Of a DNA stretch of 39,516 nt, positions 1-7,814 are shown piece after piece. Positions within the stretch are counted from its first letter, which is position 1, and each line of letters begins with the position of its first letter. The notes under the pieces were generated by a model. The model saw only the letters and a program-made list of their open reading frames with translations. It ran no database searches and had not been told where the DNA came from. The stretch is from Oscillospiraceae bacterium (GTDB lineage Bacteria; Bacillota; Clostridia; Oscillospirales; CAG-272), in NCBI GenBank assembly GCA_015063655.1, contig SVTU01000001.1, positions 1 through 39,516 of the forward strand, given 5' to 3'. Position numbers and translations under genes: made by a program.

Positions 1-361
1 CACCCAGAACCTGCAAATAAAAATACTCATCAGCATCCTCTACGTCGGCCAGCTCATGACCGAGCAGCGTCTCGTTGGTGATGATGGGGGAGCCCGCCCG
101 TATCTCGCCGATGATGGGCACGGAACGCCCTGCTCTTGCGTATCCCGCCGAGGAATAGGCATCGGCCACACCCTCATTCAAAAAATAGGTAACGCTCACG
201 CCGAAATGATCGGCAATGCGCTTGATCTTCTCCGCCTTAGGCACAGACCGCCCGCTTTTCCAATCGGAAAAGGTGGACGGGGCGATCCCCGTTGCCTTAG
301 CCACACGGTAAACGGACGTTTCATGACGCTCTATCAATTTTTCCAAACGAGAATACTCCAT
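1..361 (-). CDS. XRE-family HTH / S24 (CI/LexA-like) autopeptidase repressor; the 5' part is in the window and the gene continues past the left edge
   Basis: Absent from the ORF track because it runs off the edge. The reverse complement from CAT 359-361 reads MEYSRLEKLIERHETSVYRVAKATGIAPSTFSDWKSGRSVPKAEKIKRIADHFGVSVTYFLNEG...RSVPIIGEIRAGSPIITNETLLGHELADVEDADEYFYLQVLG. This is a Cro/CI-type HTH followed by the beginning of an S24 peptidase fold. Confidence 0.8.
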   Translation of the reverse strand, partial: MEYSRLEKLIERHETSVYRVAKATGIAPSTFSDWKSGRSVPKAEKIKRIADHFGVSVTYFLNEGVADAYSSAGYARAGRSVPIIGEIRAGSPIITNETLLGHELADVEDADEYFYLQVLG

Positions 362-414
362 ACATGCTCTCCCTTCGGCAATGTGACGAAATTGTATTAT
401 TTTCGAAAATCCTA

Positions 415-443
415 TTGACAGCATTTCGGATTTCCGATATAAT
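415..443 (+). promoter_or_regulatory. Sigma-A promoter with exact consensus TTGACA-N17-TATAAT, driving the 528-1147 gene pair
   Basis: TTGACA at 415-420, a 17-nt spacer, TATAAT at 438-443. The 10-nt palindrome TTTTCGAAAA (400-409) abuts the -35. Confidence 0.7.
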
Positions 444-469
444 AGATCATACAATCATTATACACGTTT

Positions 470-485
470 TTGACATCTTTGTCAA
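470..485. promoter_or_regulatory. Candidate operator palindrome TTGACA-tctt-TGTCAA in the 5' UTR
   Basis: Perfect 6-bp inverted arms with a 4-nt spacer, about 25-40 nt downstream of the -10. It lies between the divergent repressor gene and its presumed target operon. Confidence 0.4.
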
Positions 486-527
486 GAGAATTTTCAGAAA
501 AAAGCATGAATTTAAAATGGAGAAGCT

Positions 528-776
528 ATGTGTTCGGTATGTAGACGCTATATTTGCCCCGCAGGATGCCCCAATTATGACGAAAAAAGTGCGGAATACG
601 GCAATTGCTTGGGGCATTGTCAAGCCTGCCGCACCGCACTGTATGACGGAGATCTCGCCGTTTACTATTTAGGAAAACCGTATTGTTATGCCTGTGCAGA
701 CCTGCTTGATCTCCCCCTGTATTCCCTACCCATTTTCACATATCCATATCACAAGACCGAAGGAGGTGCCACGTGA
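528..776 (+). CDS. Small Cys-rich (nine Cys) putative zinc-binding protein, 82 aa
   Basis: ORF with a GGAG about 7 nt upstream of the ATG. Cys pattern: CxxC (2,5), CxxxC (10,14), Cx3Cx2C (27,31,34), CxxC (53,56). Its 3' end carries GGAGGT and overlaps the next start (GTGA). Confidence 0.6.
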   Translation: MCSVCRRYICPAGCPNYDEKSAEYGNCLGHCQACRTALYDGDLAVYYLGKPYCYACADLLDLPLYSLPIFTYPYHKTEGGAT

Positions 777-1147
777 CAAGACACACAAAAGATCCTCTCG
801 CACAGACGGCCGAGAACTATCTCAAGGGGTATATGCTCAACCGAAAGCTTGTTCGCCTTGAGCGGTACGAAAAAGAATACTTTTCACCCGATGACTCCGA
901 TCTTGAGGCCTTTGGCGAAGCCCCTCTGGCAAGAGCACGCATGTACGAGATACGCCATTTTGTGATGAGCCTTGCCAACTCGGACGAAAAGCTGTTTTTA
1001 TACTACCACTACATCAAGGGCGAGAGCGTAGAGCGCTGCGGAGAGCTTTTGCATCTGTCACGGGCCAGTGCCTTTCGTTTAAAGTCTCGGGCTTTGGCAC
1101 GTGCGGTTGAGCAGGGCGTAAGGCTCGGCATGTGGGATGCCTCATAA
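773..1147 (+). CDS. Sigma-70 region-4-like HTH regulator, phage/ICE type (comparable to Tn916 Orf7 / DUF1492-like proteins)
   Basis: GTG start overlaps the upstream TGA. The segment EKLFLYYHYIKGESVERCGELLHLSRASAFRLKSRALARAVE resembles a sigma region 4.2 HTH. 124 aa. Confidence 0.65.
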   Translation: MTRHTKDPLAQTAENYLKGYMLNRKLVRLERYEKEYFSPDDSDLEAFGEAPLARARMYEIRHFVMSLANSDEKLFLYYHYIKGESVERCGELLHLSRASAFRLKSRALARAVEQGVRLGMWDAS

Positions 1148-1183
1148 ATCAATGGTAAAATATGCAAAATATCGGGAAAGCAC

Positions 1184-1212
1184 TTGATTTCTGTCTTGAT
1201 TGGTAGTATAAT
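1184..1212 (+). promoter_or_regulatory. Sigma-A promoter (TTGATT-N17-TATAAT) for comEB-rimI-tsaD
   Basis: -35 at 1184-1189 and -10 at 1207-1212. Confidence 0.6.
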
Positions 1213-1245
1213 TATTATGTATGATTATAAATGGGGGTTTTTGAC

Positions 1246-1734
1246 ATGAACAGAGTATCTAAGCACAACTATTACCTCGATATTGCTCAAACCGTTGCCG
1301 AAAGAAGCACCTGCCTGCGCCGCAAATTCGGTGCCATCATCGTCAAGGACGACGTGATCGTTTCCACAGGCTATAACGGTGCGCCCAGAGGCCGTAAGAA
1401 CTGCGATGACCTTCAATATTGCATGCGTGATAAGCTGGGTATTCCCCGAGGAGAGCGATACGAGATGTGCCGCTCCGTTCATGCCGAGGCCAATGCCATC
1501 ATTGCCGCCCCCCGTGACAGAATGCTGGGCTCTACCCTCTACATGGTGTGCGTGGATGCCAAAACGGGTGAGCTGATGGCGGGCACGTCCAGCTGTATGA
1601 TGTGCAAGCGTCAGGTCATCAATGCGGGCATCGACACCGTGATCGTGCGTGACAACGCTGAGGAGTTCCGCATCATCAAGGTCAGCGAGTGGATCGACAA
1701 CGACGATTCCCTGACGGGCATCTTTGGGTATTAA
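1246..1734 (+). CDS. comEB: dCMP (deoxycytidylate) deaminase, zinc-dependent CMP/dCMP deaminase family
   Basis: HAEANAI zinc/catalytic motif and a SCMMC (PCxxC-type) motif. The GGGGG RBS favours the ATG at 1246 over the ATG at 1231. Confidence 0.85.
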   Translation: MNRVSKHNYYLDIAQTVAERSTCLRRKFGAIIVKDDVIVSTGYNGAPRGRKNCDDLQYCMRDKLGIPRGERYEMCRSVHAEANAIIAAPRDRMLGSTLYMVCVDAKTGELMAGTSSCMMCKRQVINAGIDTVIVRDNAEEFRIIKVSEWIDNDDSLTGIFGY

Positions 1735-1743
1735 AGGAGCATC

Positions 1744-2220
1744 ATGACACAAAAGCCCTTGCTTCGTGCCGTGCGCCTCTGCCCCGAGCATATTGCGGGG
1801 GCGGCAGAGCTGGAGGCACTTTGCTTTGCTGAGCCTTGGTCGAAAAAGGCGTTGGGCATGCTTTGCACCGAGGGGCACGTTGGCGTTGCCGTTCTGACTG
1901 TTCCCGATGGCAGGGTGGTGGCCTACGGCGGTATGATGACGGTACTGGACGAGGGACAGATCCTCAACGTTGCCACAAGCCCGCTCTACCGCCGCATGGG
2001 GTGCGCTAAGCTTGTGATGCGCTTCTTGTGCGAATATGCGGACACGCACCGCCTCTCCACTCTCTCGCTTGAGGTCCGTGCCTCCAACACAGCCGCCATC
2101 AGCCTCTATGAGGCCTGCGGCTTCCTTCGTGTCGGCGTACGCCGAGGCTTTTACAAAAACCCCGTTGAGGACGCTTACGTCATGCTTCGTCAAAGCCCCT
2201 CGGCAAACCATCATTTTTAA
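1744..2220 (+). CDS. rimI: GNAT acetyltransferase, ribosomal-protein-alanine N-acetyltransferase RimI type
   Basis: GNAT core (QILNVATSPLYRRMGCAKLVM). Conserved position immediately upstream of tsaD. Confidence 0.8.
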   Translation: MTQKPLLRAVRLCPEHIAGAAELEALCFAEPWSKKALGMLCTEGHVGVAVLTVPDGRVVAYGGMMTVLDEGQILNVATSPLYRRMGCAKLVMRFLCEYADTHRLSTLSLEVRASNTAAISLYEACGFLRVGVRRGFYKNPVEDAYVMLRQSPSANHHF

Positions 2221-2238
2221 CAGATACGGAAGTAAATT

Positions 2239-3267
2239 ATGTATATCCTTGGACTGGAAAGCTCATGTGACGAGACCTCTGCCGCCGTTGTGCGCATAGA
2301 GGACGGCCGTTTTACGGTCTGCTCGAACATGGTAGCCTCTCAAATTGAAACGCACCGCTTGTATGGCGGTGTTGTACCCGAAATTGCCAGCCGTGCCCAC
2401 ATTGAGGCTATTACGGGCATCACCGAGCAAGCCCTTCTAACGGCGGGCATCGGAGTATCCGAGCTGGGTGCCGTAGCCGTCACCGCAGCCCCGGGGCTGA
2501 TCGGTGCGTTGCTGGTTGGCGTGAATTTTGCCAAATCCTTGGCCTATGCCAACGGGCTGCCGCTCGTAGCGGTGGACCACGTCAAGGCTCACGTTGCCGC
2601 CGCCTACCTGGAATATCCTCACCTTGCGCCCCCCTTCCTTGCCCTTGTAGTCTCGGGTGGACACACCTCGATCTACCGTGTGGACGATCACACAAGCTTT
2701 ACCGTGATCGGGCAGACACGGGACGATGCCGCAGGCGAAGCCTTCGATAAGATCGGACGCGTGATCGGTATGCCGTATCCGGGCGGTGCCGCCATGGACG
2801 CCCTTGCCAAGGAAGGCGATTCCAAAGCCTTTGCCTTCCCCTCGCCCGCCTTGGGCGGTGACACGCTTGACTTTTCCTTCAGCGGTCTTAAGACGTCGGC
2901 TCTCAACGTCATCAACGCCATGCGGCAGAAGGGCGAAGAGCCAAACCACGCCGATCTTGCCGCCTCGTATACCGCTACCGTAGTCAAGGCCATCGAAAGG
3001 AAGCTGGATATGGCATTGACTGCCACAGGTGCCAAAACATTGGTGCTGGCAGGCGGTGTGGCCGCCAATTCCCATATACGGAAAGCCCTTACCGCTCTGT
3101 GCGAGCGCCGTGGCGTTACCTTCTGCACGCCCTCCCTCTCCCTGTGCGGCGACAATGCCGCCATGGTTGCCGCCGCCGGGTACTTTGAATTCTGTAGGGG
3201 CAACCTTGCTACCACCTCTCTTAACGCCTCCGCTTGTGACACCATTGCTTCCCAAACACAACCGTAA
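2239..3267 (+). CDS. tsaD: tRNA N6-adenosine threonylcarbamoyltransferase TsaD (Kae1/YgjD family)
   Basis: MYILGLESSCDETSAAVV, VSGGHTS and GLKT blocks typical of TsaD. Confidence 0.95.
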   Translation: MYILGLESSCDETSAAVVRIEDGRFTVCSNMVASQIETHRLYGGVVPEIASRAHIEAITGITEQALLTAGIGVSELGAVAVTAAPGLIGALLVGVNFAKSLAYANGLPLVAVDHVKAHVAAAYLEYPHLAPPFLALVVSGGHTSIYRVDDHTSFTVIGQTRDDAAGEAFDKIGRVIGMPYPGGAAMDALAKEGDSKAFAFPSPALGGDTLDFSFSGLKTSALNVINAMRQKGEEPNHADLAASYTATVVKAIERKLDMALTATGAKTLVLAGGVAANSHIRKALTALCERRGVTFCTPSLSLCGDNAAMVAAAGYFEFCRGNLATTSLNASACDTIASQTQP

Positions 3268-3279
3268 AGGAGTCAAACC

Positions 3280-3990
3280 ATGAACAACGAAAATTCCACC
3301 TCCGAGCTTTTGAATAATCCCTCCTCCTTTGAGTGCCACCGCTTTGATCCCAACACGGTGGTGTCTCCCGCCGTCGTCAAGCGCCTGCCCCGCTATTTCC
3401 GCTATCTGCGGGAATTGATCCGCATGGGCAAAAGCCGTGTCAGCTCAGCCGAGCTGTCCCGCATGATGAATATTACCGCCTCACAGATCCGCCAGGACCT
3501 CAACTGCTTCGGCGGCTTCGGTCAGCAGGGCTACGGCTATAACGTCAACTATCTGTATACCAAGATCTGCGAGATCCTCGGCGTTGGCTACGGCTTTCGT
3601 GCCGCTGTGATCGGTGCGGGCAACCTTGGCTCGGCCCTTGTGAGAAGCCCCATGTTTGAAAAGCGAGGCGTGGACGTAGTGGCATTGTTCGACGTCTCCG
3701 AAAGCCTCATCGGCAAGCGTATCGGCGACGTTACGGTATATGCCGTTGAGGAGCTGGAGCGCTACGTCTCGGAATTCGATATTGACATTGCCATTCTGAC
3801 GCTGCCCAAGGACTATGCCGCCGACATTGCCGAGCGACTGACCAAAACCACCGTCAAGGGCATTTGGAACTTTACGGGCAAGGAGCTGAATCTCGGCCAA
3901 TCGGGTATCGTGCTGGAAAACGTACATATCGGTGACTCCTTGATGACCCTTTGCTATGAGATCGCCAGAAAATCGCAGGACGAAGAATGA
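3280..3990 (+). CDS. rex: Redox-sensing transcriptional repressor Rex
   Basis: RLPRYFRYLREL...SSAELSRMMNITASQIRQDLNCFGGFGQQGYGYNV followed by a Rossmann motif VIGAGNLG. Confidence 0.92.
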   Translation: MNNENSTSELLNNPSSFECHRFDPNTVVSPAVVKRLPRYFRYLRELIRMGKSRVSSAELSRMMNITASQIRQDLNCFGGFGQQGYGYNVNYLYTKICEILGVGYGFRAAVIGAGNLGSALVRSPMFEKRGVDVVALFDVSESLIGKRIGDVTVYAVEELERYVSEFDIDIAILTLPKDYAADIAERLTKTTVKGIWNFTGKELNLGQSGIVLENVHIGDSLMTLCYEIARKSQDEE

Positions 3991-4958
3991 GTACAGCATC
4001 AAAAAAGACAAAGGCGGTAAGCCTTACGTACCGAAAGGGCGCACCCAAGAAGCGGTATTTTGACGCCATACGGGGTGCGGACGAGACGGATCTGCGCATT
4101 CTTTGCACCATCGAGCTTTTGCACGATGCGGGCAAGGAGCTGGAGACAGAGGTCTGCCGCAGGCTGTCGATCGCCCCATCGGTCTATCGGGCTTCCGTGA
4201 AATATTGGAGCGGTGCGGGCATGCTGACGCTTGCCGCCGATGCCACTGAAAAAACATCCCTGCCCTCGGCTCATGCGGGAGGCAAGCTGGAGTCTGCCAC
4301 GGAGCTGCCAAGCTACTCCACCGAGGAGCTGACAGCCCTCATCCAAAAAAGACAGATCACCTCTGAGTTTGTGGACGATGCCCAAAGAATTTTTGGCAAA
4401 ATGTTCAACGCCCACGAGATCAGCATCCTGATCGGTCTTGTGGATTACATGGGCTTTGACGAGGAGGCTGTACTGATCCTGCTGGCACACATGGTCAAGG
4501 TGGGAAAGCGCAGTATGCACTCCACAGAAAAAATGGCATGGACCTTGCTGGATCAGGAGATCACGTCTGCCGCTGACCTTGAACAGCATCTGCACCGTAT
4601 TGAAAGAAACCATGAAAACCATCGTCAGATCACCAAGCTGTTTGAGGATCGGGGGCGGGAGCTTACGCTCAAGGATAAAAACGCCCTTAAGAAATGTGCC
4701 TTTGTGTATGATTTCGACATGGACGTTCTTCGCATAGCCTTTGACGTTACCGTTAAGCAGGCCAACGATCCCTCCCCCATCTACATGAAAACCATCTTGG
4801 AGGCCTGGCACAACGAGGGGCTTAGCACCGCCAAGGAGGTACAAGCCCTGCTTGACAAGGAAAAGGGTGCTGTGCAAAGCAATCAGAATTCCTCCTTTGA
4901 TACCGATGAGTTCTTCCAGGCGGCTCTTGACCGAGCATTTGATCTGTATCTGAAATAA
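3987..4958 (+). CDS. DnaD-domain replication initiation / primosome protein (DnaB/DnaD-like of Firmicutes)
   Basis: ATGA overlap with the rex stop. DnaD-like repeat (EISILIGLVDYMGFDEEAVLILLAHMV). Lies directly upstream of the DnaI-type loader. Confidence 0.7.
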   Translation: MSTASKKTKAVSLTYRKGAPKKRYFDAIRGADETDLRILCTIELLHDAGKELETEVCRRLSIAPSVYRASVKYWSGAGMLTLAADATEKTSLPSAHAGGKLESATELPSYSTEELTALIQKRQITSEFVDDAQRIFGKMFNAHEISILIGLVDYMGFDEEAVLILLAHMVKVGKRSMHSTEKMAWTLLDQEITSAADLEQHLHRIERNHENHRQITKLFEDRGRELTLKDKNALKKCAFVYDFDMDVLRIAFDVTVKQANDPSPIYMKTILEAWHNEGLSTAKEVQALLDKEKGAVQSNQNSSFDTDEFFQAALDRAFDLYLK

Positions 4959-4978
4959 AACAGGAAAGGCGAACCGTT

Positions 4979-5956
4979 ATGGGCTTTAATAAAGCGGACT
5001 TTATCCGCATTCGTGCGGAATACTCCAAAAAATACTTAATAGCGAGAGAGCGGGCAGACCAAAAGCGAGAGGCTCTTTATACAGAGCTTCCCGATCTGTA
5101 CGTGCTTGATCGCCGTTTGCAGGCAACCGCCTCTGAGATCATGATGATCGCTACCTCGCACCCTGCCAATGCTGAGCAGATGATCGCCGACGTGCGAGCA
5201 AGAAACGAGCAGCTGCAGGCCGAGCGTGCCGCCCTGCTGGCCGCCCACGGCTACCCTGCCGACTACACCGACGTCAAATATGAGTGTGAGGAATGCGGAG
5301 ACACGGGCTACGTAGATACCGCCATGTGCCGTTGCATGAGAAGGGCTCTTGTTCTGGCAGGCTATGAGTCATCGGGCATCGGGTCGCTGATGAGAACGCA
5401 ATCCTTCGATACCTTCTCTCTTCAGTATTACCGCTCCCAGCCTCAGTTGTATGACAGAATGGAAAAGATCAAACGCTCTCTTGAGCAGTTTGCCAAGGAT
5501 TTTTCCAAGGATACGTATCGCAACTATCTGTTCTACGGTGCCACGGGGCTTGGCAAAACGCATCTCTCCACCGCCATTGCCAAGGACGTGATCGACAGAG
5601 GCTTTGACGTGCTGTACGTAACGGCCAACACTATGATCGAGGATTTTGCCGCCAAGCGCTTTGGAAACGGCGGAGCGGAGGCCACGAACGACCTTGACCG
5701 ATACGCCTCTGCCGATCTGCTCATCATCGATGATTTGGGAACTGAGGTTGCCAATCAGTTTTCCTCGTCTTGTCTGTATGACATCATCAACACGCGCATG
5801 AACTGCCACAGATCCACCATCATCAGTACAAACCTGACCAAGGAGGATATACAAAAACGGTATTGGGATCGCATCGCCAGCCGAATCTTTGGCGATTACA
5901 TTCCCGTCCCCTTCCTCGGCAACGACATTCGTATGCAAAAGCTCAACGAAAGATAA
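4979..5956 (+). CDS. dnaI: Primosomal helicase loader DnaI/DnaC (IstB-like AAA+ ATPase)
   Basis: N-terminal Cys cluster CEECGDTGY..CRC, Walker A GATGLGKTHL, Walker B LLIIDDLG. Confidence 0.88.
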   Translation: MGFNKADFIRIRAEYSKKYLIARERADQKREALYTELPDLYVLDRRLQATASEIMMIATSHPANAEQMIADVRARNEQLQAERAALLAAHGYPADYTDVKYECEECGDTGYVDTAMCRCMRRALVLAGYESSGIGSLMRTQSFDTFSLQYYRSQPQLYDRMEKIKRSLEQFAKDFSKDTYRNYLFYGATGLGKTHLSTAIAKDVIDRGFDVLYVTANTMIEDFAAKRFGNGGAEATNDLDRYASADLLIIDDLGTEVANQFSSSCLYDIINTRMNCHRSTIISTNLTKEDIQKRYWDRIASRIFGDYIPVPFLGNDIRMQKLNER

Positions 5957-5963
5957 GCATAAA

Positions 5964-6006
5964 ACAGTGCTATGCGGTAAAAACTACCCATAGCACTGTT
6001 TTTTGT
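5964..6006 (+). terminator. Intrinsic terminator after dnaI
   Basis: Perfect 11-bp stem ACAGTGCTATG / CATAGCACTGT followed by a T-run. Confidence 0.8.
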
Positions 6007-6031
6007 TGTCGCTTGCGACGGAAAGGATATT

Positions 6032-6484
6032 ATGACAAGCCAAAATCAAACGAGCCAGGAAAATAAGCTCTTGGAGGAGACCTATAAAAACGTAAAGATG
6101 GGAGCTGACGCCATCATCACCCTGCTTCCCCGTGTCAATGACGGCGATTTCAAAACCGAGCTGTCCTCTCAGCTCTGCCGTTACGAGGACTATGCCAAGC
6201 AAAGTGCCGACCTTATGCAAAAAAGCGGCATTCGCCCCAAGGAGGAAAATCCCGTTTCCCGCATTTCCGCCAAAATGGGCATTGCCATGAATGCCATGAT
6301 GGACGGCACCACCTCGCACCATGCGCAAATGATGATTGAGGGGGCTACCATGGGCATCACGGATATGACCAGGATCTTGCATGAGTCCGAGGAAAAAGGC
6401 GTTTCGGGAGAGGCCTTGCGCCTTGCCAAGGACGTGACCGCTTACGAAGAGGATACTGTGGAGCGCATGAAGCGGTATTTGTAA
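6032..6484 (+). CDS. Hypothetical all-helical protein (looks like a four-helix bundle), 150 aa
   Basis: RBS GAAAGGA upstream. The sequence is helix-rich with no recognisable catalytic motif. Confidence 0.55.
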   Translation: MTSQNQTSQENKLLEETYKNVKMGADAIITLLPRVNDGDFKTELSSQLCRYEDYAKQSADLMQKSGIRPKEENPVSRISAKMGIAMNAMMDGTTSHHAQMMIEGATMGITDMTRILHESEEKGVSGEALRLAKDVTAYEEDTVERMKRYL

Positions 6485-6536
6485 AGCATCCGTGGCAGAA
6501 GTATTCCTGCCACGGAAGTACATCTCTCCATAACCC

Positions 6537-6565
6537 TTGACAAATCTTCTAAAGTATGCTACAAT
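6537..6565 (+). promoter_or_regulatory. Sigma-A promoter TTGACA-N17-TACAAT
   Basis: -35 at 6537-6542 and -10 at 6560-6565. Confidence 0.65.
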
Positions 6566-6571
6566 AAGCAT

Positions 6572-6680
6572 AAGGCAAAAGACTCCACCGTTTACCGTAC
6601 TCTTGGTGGTTCCTTCATACCGAGAATAAACCGTTTGGCGCAAGCGAGTGGGTCATACACCCTATCCTTGCGCTTTTTTT
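6572..6680 (+). ncRNA. Candidate terminated leader / small RNA (about 108 nt), class unknown
   Basis: Predicted transcript from the 6537-6565 promoter. Hairpin CCACC(6587-6591)...GGTGG, then stem GCGCAAG (6638-6644) / CTTGCGC (6667-6673) plus T7 (6674-6680), ending 8 nt before the RBS of the lipoprotein gene. Confidence 0.45.
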
Positions 6681-6699
6681 CAATGAAAGGAGAATGACC

Positions 6700-7689
6700 A
6701 TGAAACGAACGCTTTATCTTTTGCTCGTCCTGCTTTTAACGTTTTCCATACTGTCCTCTTGTGTTTCAGTGCCCCCTGTTGAGCAAGAAACAACCAAGCC
6801 CAATGAGGAAACCACAACGCCCCCCATAACGACAGAGCCTCTGTTTTCTTTGCCAAAGCCATCGGGAAAATATACAATCTGTTTCCCTGTTTCTTCCGAA
6901 ATAGAACTACCTGAACCCTATAACGACCCAACAGCTTCCACAACTCAATCCTTTACGTACAACAACAAAACTTATGAATTAACATATCAATACTCAAAAG
7001 ACTTGGATACCCAACATACCTCACACACCTATGAATACGAGGATTCTTTCCATAACGTTTTGGAAATAACCTATTTGAATGGCTCAATTCGTTCCATAAA
7101 AGACTACACGAAATCCATAATCTGTCCAAACGATACCGTAGATACCGAAGAAGAATATACAAAATGGGGGCAGGATATAGCCGCTATTCTCGGTGTTGAT
7201 GTGACAAAAGACCACCTGTTTGAAATCAAAAGCCTCGTCACCATAACAAGAGCATATCAACGTGGAACCGGATATAAAGACAGCTTCCACACCTCTGATC
7301 CCGCACAGGGAAAAGAGGTAAGTTCATATTCATTGGATTTTCACAGACACATCAACGGCCTTAAGTTTAACGATGAAATATCCATCAGTTATGATTTAGA
7401 TGATAAGGTTACATATATCTATAGAAATCCATCCGGAATCATACACACGTATAACCCTCAAGATTGGATTTTTAACGAAAATGAAACACGTGCTGACGCC
7501 GAGGCATTTGTATATCACTCTTTTGCAGATCAATATAAAAAAGACGTACACAGTATTATTACCGAAGACGTTATATTAGGCTATTCAGGAAATAAGAAGT
7601 GTTTACAATATAGTATATGTGTCAAAGAATACATAGACAGTGAGGCTCTTGAAATATATCTCGAGCTTGTACTTGTATATTTAGAATAA
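6700..7689 (+). CDS. Lipoprotein of unknown function; the gene is AT-rich
   Basis: Signal peptide with lipobox LSSC, then a Thr/Pro-rich linker (ETTKPNEETTTPPITTEP). AGGAG lies 7 nt upstream of the ATG at 6700 (the ORF track starts at 6694). Composition is visibly much more AT-rich than the flanks. Confidence 0.75.
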   Translation: MKRTLYLLLVLLLTFSILSSCVSVPPVEQETTKPNEETTTPPITTEPLFSLPKPSGKYTICFPVSSEIELPEPYNDPTASTTQSFTYNNKTYELTYQYSKDLDTQHTSHTYEYEDSFHNVLEITYLNGSIRSIKDYTKSIICPNDTVDTEEEYTKWGQDIAAILGVDVTKDHLFEIKSLVTITRAYQRGTGYKDSFHTSDPAQGKEVSSYSLDFHRHINGLKFNDEISISYDLDDKVTYIYRNPSGIIHTYNPQDWIFNENETRADAEAFVYHSFADQYKKDVHSIITEDVILGYSGNKKCLQYSICVKEYIDSEALEIYLELVLVYLE

Positions 7690-7711
7690 CAGAATATTTC
7701 GTTTCCCCGCG

Positions 7712-7741
7712 CCCCACGGCCTTGGTCGTGGGGCTTTTGTT
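7712..7741 (+). terminator. Intrinsic terminator after the lipoprotein gene
   Basis: CCCCACG / CGTGGGG stem followed by CTTTTGTT. Confidence 0.75.
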
Positions 7742-7750
7742 ACCCCGCTC

Positions 7751-7779
7751 TTGACAATACGACAGGAATATATTATAAT
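7751..7779 (+). promoter_or_regulatory. Sigma-A promoter, exact consensus TTGACA-N17-TATAAT
   Basis: -35 at 7751-7756 and -10 at 7774-7779, upstream of the U32 peptidase gene. Confidence 0.7.
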
Positions 7780-7814
7780 GGTGGTAATATACTGTTAACA
7801 CACGAGGTTGTATT

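Noticed and set aside
56-418. A 120-aa plus-strand ORF at the left edge.
   Set aside because: The opposite strand encodes a clean XRE-HTH/S24 repressor that ends at a start codon at 361. The plus-strand translation has no features.
1225-2214. A 329-aa minus-strand ORF.
   Set aside because: It is antisense to the well-supported comEB and rimI genes. It has no RBS and no recognisable domains.
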